Origin: an uncultured virus (IMG/VR IMGVR_UViG_3300037092_000074)
Lineage: Duplodnaviria; Heunggongvirae; Uroviricota; Caudoviricetes
Reading direction: 5' to 3' (one strand)
Length of the DNA: 20,000 nucleotides
IMG/VR virus record: IMGVR_UViG_3300037092_000074
Made by a program: the position numbers and the translations under genes. The first letter of the stretch is position 1; each line of letters opens with the position of its first letter. Positions 15,259 to 20,000 of this stretch are shown one piece after another. The notes below the pieces were generated by a model. That model was given only the letters and a program-made list of their open reading frames with translations. It was not told where the DNA came from and did no database searches.

Positions 15259-16443
15259 TTAAGCCAAAGGATCAAATATATTTTCTTCCGCCAGCTTCTT
15301 CTTCTCGGACTCCGCTCTCTCTTCTTCGGCCTGAGCCTGAAGTTGGGCAACCGCCGCTTCCCGAAGAACCGCCGTCCGCTTGGCTTCTTCCCCCCGCCAT
15401 CGGGCACAATAGGCCAAACTGTCCACTACCTGGACGAACTTCCCTGGGGCAAACGACAAGTTTTTGGCGTCGGTCAGGTCCTGGTCCTTGAGCCAGGTCT
15501 TGAAGACGGAGACCACTTCTTCCTGAGAGAACTCTTTCAGGACTTCGGCTAGTCGAATCTTTTGCTTGTCCACGAAGCTCAGTTGGCCGTCTGCTGCGTA
15601 GACAAGCTCCCGAACAAGGGAAACTACCTCCGGGGACTTCAGAGAGGCTGCTGCGGGGGCCTCAGAGGCTAAACGGGCGCTTGCGGCTCGCTGGTAGGCA
15701 GAAACAGCCCCGTTCGGGTAGTCATCCCCCCGGTTCTCTTCCAAGAACTCAGTAAAGTCTCGTACCACCGCCCCAACGGTATGAGAAATACCGAGGACAT
15801 TCATCTCATCCCATGTTGATTTGAAGCCTCCCGGACGGATACCGAAGTCGGCGCAAACCTTTTGCATTTCGTTCTTGATCTTCATTTCTTTCTCCTGTCT
15901 GTATTCTTGAAAATAGAGAGAATTTTCGTCCTTCCCTTCCCTATCCTCTCCTAACCTACCCTTACCTACCCTAGCAGGGGTTAGCTCGGTGGTGTCTTGG
16001 TTCTCCCCCGGGGGTAAACAGGGGGTGTTGGGGAGTAGCCCCGATTCGATCTCCCCGTTGATGAACTTCTGAAGCAGGTCCGCCGGGGGTTCCTTGCCTT
16101 TCTTGTAGTCCCCCCTGTCTACGTGCGCCTTGGCGGGCAAAAGACCCTCACTTGTGATCCCCACCCAGAAACCCCAAACCTTACTGCGCTCATCCCTCCA
16201 CCGAAATAGAAGCCTCACCCTCTCATATTCATTCAGGACGGCTTCTACGTCTTCTAAAGACACGGAGGGTCGAAGAAAGAAGTACACGTCTCTTAAAACC
16301 CGCCCGGGGCTACACTCAAAGCTGCCGTTGGCTAAGGCGAGAGGTAGGAGATTGGCATAATCGAACCGCAACTCTTCCGGCTCAATCGACCGTAACTTGT
16401 CCGAGGTCCAGATTCGGTCTCCATCAACCATTCTCTTGGGCAT
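15259..16443 (-). CDS. putative phage replication initiator / replisome organiser
   Basis: N-terminal R.....IWTS.K.. winged-helix-like region plus the low-complexity G/K/R/E linker typical of phage initiators; upstream of primase-helicase. Confidence 0.6.
   Translation of the reverse strand: MPKRMVDGDRIWTSDKLRSIEPEELRFDYANLLPLALANGSFECSPGRVLRDVYFFLRPSVSLEDVEAVLNEYERVRLLFRWRDERSKVWGFWVGITSEGLLPAKAHVDRGDYKKGKEPPADLLQKFINGEIESGLLPNTPCLPPGENQDTTELTPARVGKGRLGEDREGKDENSLYFQEYRQEKEMKIKNEMQKVCADFGIRPGGFKSTWDEMNVLGISHTVGAVVRDFTEFLEENRGDDYPNGAVSAYQRAASARLASEAPAAASLKSPEVVSLVRELVYAADGQLSFVDKQKIRLAEVLKEFSQEEVVSVFKTWLKDQDLTDAKNLSFAPGKFVQVVDSLAYCARWRGEEAKRTAVLREAAVAQLQAQAEEERAESEKKKLAEENIFDPLA
15930..15973. 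repeat. imperfect 5-bp periodic repeat (CCTWC/CCTAN) in the initiator gene
   Basis: ccttcccttccctatcctctcctaacctacccttacctacccta. Confidence 0.6.
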
Positions 16444-16759
16444 TTTCCTTTTCCTCGGCTTCTTCGTTTTCTTTGAGCCTTTTCATGCGGGTTTCGTGTT
16501 GAAATTTTCTGTGCTCTTGAACAAAGTCAACTAATTCTCCCTCGTAGCGGAACCACTCTCCGTGGAGACGGTATTGTCTAAACTCTCGATGAAGAGAAGT
16601 TTCCAAGCTTCTCCCCTCCTCCAGGAAGTATAATAGAATCCCCAACTTGATCGGACTGTTGGACTGAATCGCCTTGAGTCTTTTCCAAATTTGAGGGGAG
16701 GATGTGAACCCAATTTTGACTATGTCCTCCCCTTCCGCTCTTAAAATGTATACCGGCAT
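16424..16759 (-). CDS. GIY-YIG nuclease (T5orf172/MUG113-like)
   Basis: VYIL..VKIGFT..RLKAIQ..E..LH..F...RLHGEWF. Confidence 0.88.
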   Translation of the reverse strand: MPVYILRAEGEDIVKIGFTSSPQIWKRLKAIQSNSPIKLGILLYFLEEGRSLETSLHREFRQYRLHGEWFRYEGELVDFVQEHRKFQHETRMKRLKENEEAEEKENAQENG

Positions 16760-16769
16760 GTACTCTCCT

Positions 16770-16784
16770 GTCCATTATTCGGAC
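16770..16784 (-). repeat. 15-bp motif, 1 mismatch
   Basis: GTCCGAATAATGGAC; contains a TAA stop and precedes an RBS. Confidence 0.85.
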
Positions 16785-17056
16785 AACAAGTTGCTTCCCA
16801 AACAATATGGGCAGCTATCCCTATTAAAATGAGTCGGATCGTCGCACCGATCTCCGTTGCAGCACTCAGCACAACCCAGAAGACCATCCGAACGAGGAAA
16901 AGTTCTTCCCCCAGGACGTTTATCTTTCAGGGTCTTTCCGTGGTAGTGCCAATAGCAAGAAACTCCAGGGTGATAGGAGTAACAGCGTCGGCAGGGGTGC
17001 GGAAATTTGCAATTGAAGCTGCCGCCTTCTCTGCAAGTACATTTTGGCTCTTCCAT
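16775..17056 (-). CDS. Cys-rich hypothetical protein
   Basis: Many Cys/His; TAATG coupling. Confidence 0.7.
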   Translation of the reverse strand: MEEPKCTCREGGSFNCKFPHPCRRCYSYHPGVSCYWHYHGKTLKDKRPGGRTFPRSDGLLGCAECCNGDRCDDPTHFNRDSCPYCLGSNLLSE

Positions 17057-17065
17057 TATTCGGAC
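17051..17065 (-). repeat. 15-bp motif, 2 mismatches
   Basis: GTCCGAATAATGGAA; supplies the TAATG stop/start overlap. Confidence 0.75.
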
Positions 17066-17352
17066 AACTTTCCGCCCACGATCATTGGTTCGTCTTTCAG
17101 TAGATCAAGCAGGAACGAGATTTCACCCGAGGACAACGTTTTGTTCCTGGGAAGAGGAATCTCAGGCGCATCCGTGTGCTCGGACAGTTCCTCGTAGGAG
17201 TCGATGTCTCCACACCTCTTCAGGTAGTCTCGACCCCCATCTACCGCGATGGTGTGGCAGGAGCACCACTTGAAGTCGTGGCGGTTAAAACTCTCGATGA
17301 CCTCCTGGCATTTGAGGCATCGGACGCGGTTGTGCAGGATTCGGTCGGTCAT
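17056..17352 (-). CDS. conserved phage Zn-binding protein
   Basis: NRVRCLKCQEVIES..RHDFKWCSC..IAVDGG.DYLKR, a widespread phage pattern. Confidence 0.85.
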   Translation of the reverse strand: MTDRILHNRVRCLKCQEVIESFNRHDFKWCSCHTIAVDGGRDYLKRCGDIDSYEELSEHTDAPEIPLPRNKTLSSGEISFLLDLLKDEPMIVGGKLSE

Positions 17353-17567
17353 CTGTTCTCCTTGTGGTGGGGGTTGAACTCGACTGCAAAATTAAACAAG
17401 TTTAGGCCGAAAGAGCCTCCTTTAGACCACCACACCCCCAGCAGGCTAATGCCCCGGAGTCCTTGGTAGCCTTTCCAACAGTTGATGAAGCGCCAACGAG
17501 GCCAGGCCGCCCAAAAGCGTTTGTCAAACTCTGGGTCGGGCAAAAAGGGGTTGTCGGTTACTTCCAT
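17349..17567 (-). CDS. hypothetical protein (72 aa)
   Basis: GAGGAGG RBS before ATG 17567; ATGA overlap downstream. Confidence 0.7.
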   Translation of the reverse strand: MEVTDNPFLPDPEFDKRFWAAWPRWRFINCWKGYQGLRGISLLGVWWSKGGSFGLNLFNFAVEFNPHHKENR

Positions 17568-17785
17568 ATCTTCCTCCTCATCAGTACCACCAGACTGTGG
17601 CCCAGACCTTCGAGCCAGGCGTCCGTAAGCAAACCTTTGAGCTCTCTTACGCTCATGCTTGATACCCACGGTTCTTCAAACACAACGTCTTTGCCGCTTT
17701 GGTGGATGTTCTGCCAGGGATGAAGGCGGCGAACAACCTGGGCAATATATTCTTCATAGGGCATTTGGTTCACAATCACTTCCAT
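17558..17785 (-). CDS. hypothetical protein (75 aa)
   Basis: GGAGG RBS; flanked by an 18-bp direct repeat. Confidence 0.7.
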   Translation of the reverse strand: MEVIVNQMPYEEYIAQVVRRLHPWQNIHQSGKDVVFEEPWVSSMSVRELKGLLTDAWLEGLGHSLVVLMRRKIWK

Positions 17786-17795
17786 ATCTTCCTCC
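17560..17795. repeat. 18-bp direct repeat GGAGGAAGATATGGAAGT (17560-17577 and 17778-17795)
   Basis: Two identical copies at consecutive gene junctions. Confidence 0.9.
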
Positions 17796-17985
17796 AGAGA
17801 GTATTATACCACGGACGCTCCATCGGGTAGACAACGTAGGTGTGGTTCTCACAAAGGACAATGTGCCCGCCAAGAAAAGGAACGATTCGGATAATAGGTC
17901 CTTCAGGTCTGGCAGCACAAGGCCCATCATGTCCAGGTTCCCGGGAGCAGGCCCATCCTTCGGGAGGTAGAGTACAGAAGGTCAT
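17776..17985 (-). CDS. hypothetical protein (69 aa)
   Basis: C.LPP.GW.C.R..GHDGPCAA motif; ATGA overlap. Confidence 0.7.
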   Translation of the reverse strand: MTFCTLPPEGWACSREPGHDGPCAARPEGPIIRIVPFLGGHIVLCENHTYVVYPMERPWYNTLWRKIWK

Positions 17986-18233
17986 TGGCTACCCCATCCC
18001 CTTCTCGGGCTTTCCTGCACAATCTGGGTAGTAAAGAATCCGGAGCCATAGTAGTCCTCGCGTAGCTGCCAGATCGTGCCATCCGTGTCCAAAGCCAGAA
18101 CTCTGTCCTGATAGTTCAGAAGTTGAATCCACCGAGTTGGTCCGGAGTTTTGGACATAGATAACTGGAGTAGGGGAGGGGACCCAAACCCTCCCCCGTAG
18201 AACTTTCCAAGCTTGTTTGATTCTTGTGAACAT
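17982..18233 (-). CDS. hypothetical protein (83 aa)
   Basis: TAATG overlap with the upstream nuclease; GGAGG RBS. Confidence 0.7.
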   Translation of the reverse strand: MFTRIKQAWKVLRGRVWVPSPTPVIYVQNSGPTRWIQLLNYQDRVLALDTDGTIWQLREDYYGSGFFTTQIVQESPRRGWGSQ

Positions 18234-19435
18234 TATTCTTCCTCCCCGGCTTCCAATTCGGTAAGCCAGTCGTCGTCCTTGACAGCAGGTCCTATTTTGA
18301 CCAGCAGTTGCTCGACCAGGTCTGGCTGTTTCAGGCATAGACCACGCATTCGGCAGAAGCTACATTTCTGATTTGGAAATCGGACACCGCCGTCTTTTGG
18401 CCAGTAATTCTCTTCGTAGGACTTTTTGACCCGCAGCGTCTTGTCTCCGATGTCCTGTCCGACCTCCGGAAGGTCTTGTTCGGGAATGGTTGCTCGAACG
18501 AACTGGATTTGGGTCTTGGTTACGGATTCTCTTTGGACAGAGCACAGACGCCCGTCAGCCAGGAACTGAGCAACAAGCTGATCTTTCTTTTCGGTCGCAC
18601 CCTTCCCGGAGATTTTGTCAAGCTCCTCGTCCATTATCCGGACAGTTTCGTCCGTGCCGAGGTACATCAGCCACGGAACTTCCGGAGCGGCTTTTACTCC
18701 TTCGGCAGCCTCAACCGCGCTTTTGGGGGCACTGAACTTGACCACGGACAGCGTTTGTCCCGCCTTCCAGTCTTGGGTGTCCTCCAGGAGAGTAACAGCG
18801 TCCCCCTTCTTGAAAGAGTCAGGACGAGCTTTGATTAGCCACAGAAACCCAACCTCCTTAACTCCGGTGGCCCATGCGTAGTCTTTTAGCTGCGGGTCCA
18901 TAGCCAGAAGGTTCGGGGTAAGGCTCAGAGGAGCTTTCGCGGTCTTGATGTCCACCAAGATACGTCCGCCGTCCCCCGCTGTTACCAGCATATCTACGAA
19001 AGATGTGAACTTCAGGTCAGACAAATTGGACCCGGGCCACAACTCCTTCTCGTAGTTAAGCTGGAACTTCGGGTTGCGAATGGGAAGGGTCGGGAGCAGG
19101 GCCTCGTACAACCGAGCAAGCTCACTTCCGATTTTGTACAGGTCTTTCCAAGACCCCTCCTGGGCGGTAAACACCAGGGGGATAGCCTCCCACTTCAACC
19201 ACAGCCGCTTGAATTCGTCGGTCGTGTCCCCCGGTTTGCAGCCGTTGGCGTGGAAGAACTGAATGGCGTCCTCGACGCACTTGCCAAACTCGAAAGCTGC
19301 CCTCTTGTCTTTGTCCTTGTATCCGGCGATCCGGCTCAGGTAGAAAAGCTGGCGGCAATAGGTGTAGTCGGACAGCGCCGAATAACTTATGTGCGAAACC
19401 TCGCGACCACTAGCGGATTTGTATAAAAAGCTCAT
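18233..19435 (-). CDS. PD-(D/E)XK nuclease, RecB/AddB/Cas4-like with 4-Cys cluster
   Basis: SYSAL..Y..C, FG..V, VDML..LVDIKT, QLKDY, CSFC.....C. Confidence 0.88.
   Translation of the reverse strand: MSFLYKSASGREVSHISYSALSDYTYCRQLFYLSRIAGYKDKDKRAAFEFGKCVEDAIQFFHANGCKPGDTTDEFKRLWLKWEAIPLVFTAQEGSWKDLYKIGSELARLYEALLPTLPIRNPKFQLNYEKELWPGSNLSDLKFTSFVDMLVTAGDGGRILVDIKTAKAPLSLTPNLLAMDPQLKDYAWATGVKEVGFLWLIKARPDSFKKGDAVTLLEDTQDWKAGQTLSVVKFSAPKSAVEAAEGVKAAPEVPWLMYLGTDETVRIMDEELDKISGKGATEKKDQLVAQFLADGRLCSVQRESVTKTQIQFVRATIPEQDLPEVGQDIGDKTLRVKKSYEENYWPKDGGVRFPNQKCSFCRMRGLCLKQPDLVEQLLVKIGPAVKDDDWLTELEAGEEE
18629..18643 (-). repeat. 15-bp motif, exact
   Basis: Intragenic, encodes VRIMD. Confidence 0.95.
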
Positions 19436-19599
19436 TTTCTCTCCAATAACCAGACAACAACATCTTGTCCAAGTTTCAATGCTTCGTCGAGTTCATAACG
19501 AAGGGTATATTCTTCGTTTTTATTGTCGGATTGGAAATCCGCTCCAATTGTTCCGGGTCTAAGTTGACGGTCGTATTCATAAATTGTGACTGATTTCAT
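19432..19599 (-). CDS. hypothetical protein (55 aa; not in ORF track)
   Basis: MKSVTIYEYDRQLRPG...WLLERK; ATGA overlaps at both ends. Confidence 0.7.
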   Translation of the reverse strand: MKSVTIYEYDRQLRPGTIGADFQSDNKNEEYTLRYELDEALKLGQDVVVWLLERK

Positions 19600-19862
19600 T
19601 TCAACCCCCTAACCCAAGACCACACCCGTTCCCACCAAGTCATCGGAACCTGGGACACATGTTGTAGTTGAAACACCAGAGTATCACCACGCCCAACTCT
19701 GGAGAAGGAGTCGATGTTTCCTTCAAAGAAGTTGTGGGAGCCGCTGTACCCGCCGCTCAGATTGACGATCATTCTCGGGCGCACAAAACTCAGGAAAGGC
19801 TCGTTCCCCTGGATGCGCTGATCTATTTCGTGCAGGACCTCGGTGTGTGATTTATACTTCAC
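19596..19862 (-). CDS. hypothetical protein (88 aa)
   Basis: GGAGG RBS and GTGA overlap at 19862. Confidence 0.6.
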   Translation of the reverse strand: MKYKSHTEVLHEIDQRIQGNEPFLSFVRPRMIVNLSGGYSGSHNFFEGNIDSFSRVGRGDTLVFQLQHVSQVPMTWWERVWSWVRGLK

Positions 19863-20000
19863 TTTTTCCTCCGCAGTTCTCGGATTTGCACCGCCGCATC
19901 TTTCGCAGTAGATGGTTGTGTGTAGAGCCCGGCGGCCAAGCACATCTCTGTCCGGTACAAGGAACGACGAAGGTACTTTTCAACTTCGATCAGCCACAAC
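19859..20000 (-). CDS. hypothetical protein, 5'-truncated by the window
   Basis: Open frame ...LWLIEVEKYLRRSLY...IRELRRKK* overlapping the next GTG. Confidence 0.5.
   Translation of the reverse strand, partial: LWLIEVEKYLRRSLYRTEMCLAAGLYTQPSTAKDAAVQIRELRRKK

Noticed and set aside
7500..15435. 3-mismatch motif-like sites at 7500-7514 and 15421-15435
   Set aside because: They keep GTCC-N7-GGAC but are too degenerate to count without a position weight matrix.
17803..17812. GTGGTATAAT as a third promoter
   Set aside because: Intragenic, explained by Trp-Tyr-Asn codons, with no supporting -35. Possible but unsupported.
75..18643. 15-bp repeats as a CRISPR array or REP/MITE elements
   Set aside because: Too short, irregularly spaced by hundreds to thousands of bp, and embedded in intact genes. 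No cas operon is present, and the Cas4-like gene is a common stand-alone phage nuclease.
378..19850. All plus-strand ORFs and nested minus-strand alternative-frame ORFs in the track
   Set aside because: They are shadows of well-supported, tightly coupled minus-strand genes, with no recognisable motifs.

Overview
This window is a gene-dense bacteriophage (or prophage) early/middle region. Every credible gene lies on the minus strand, many are coupled by ATGA/TAATG overlaps, and no structural genes are present. Replication, recombination and repair functions recognised from motifs: a primase-helicase, a beta-clamp homologue, a probable replication initiator, and PD-(D/E)XK, MmcB-like, Endo VII, HNH and GIY-YIG nucleases. 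Other functions: a sigma-70/ECF-type sigma factor, an RtcB RNA ligase, and a block of nucleotide hydrolases (DHH/DHHA1, HTH-metallophosphoesterase, HAD, dATP/dGTP diphosphohydrolase-like). The most striking non-gene signal is a dispersed 15-bp quasi-palindrome, GTCCGGATAATGGAC (GTCC-N7-GGAC). It has 9 exact and at least 7 near-exact copies, at stop/start junctions, inside genes in different frames and both orientations, and over the predicted rtcB promoter. This suggests a genome-wide operator or 'stoperator'-like system. A candidate structured RNA lies between two extended -10 promoters upstream of rtcB. All functional calls come from motif recognition by eye; no database searches were run.
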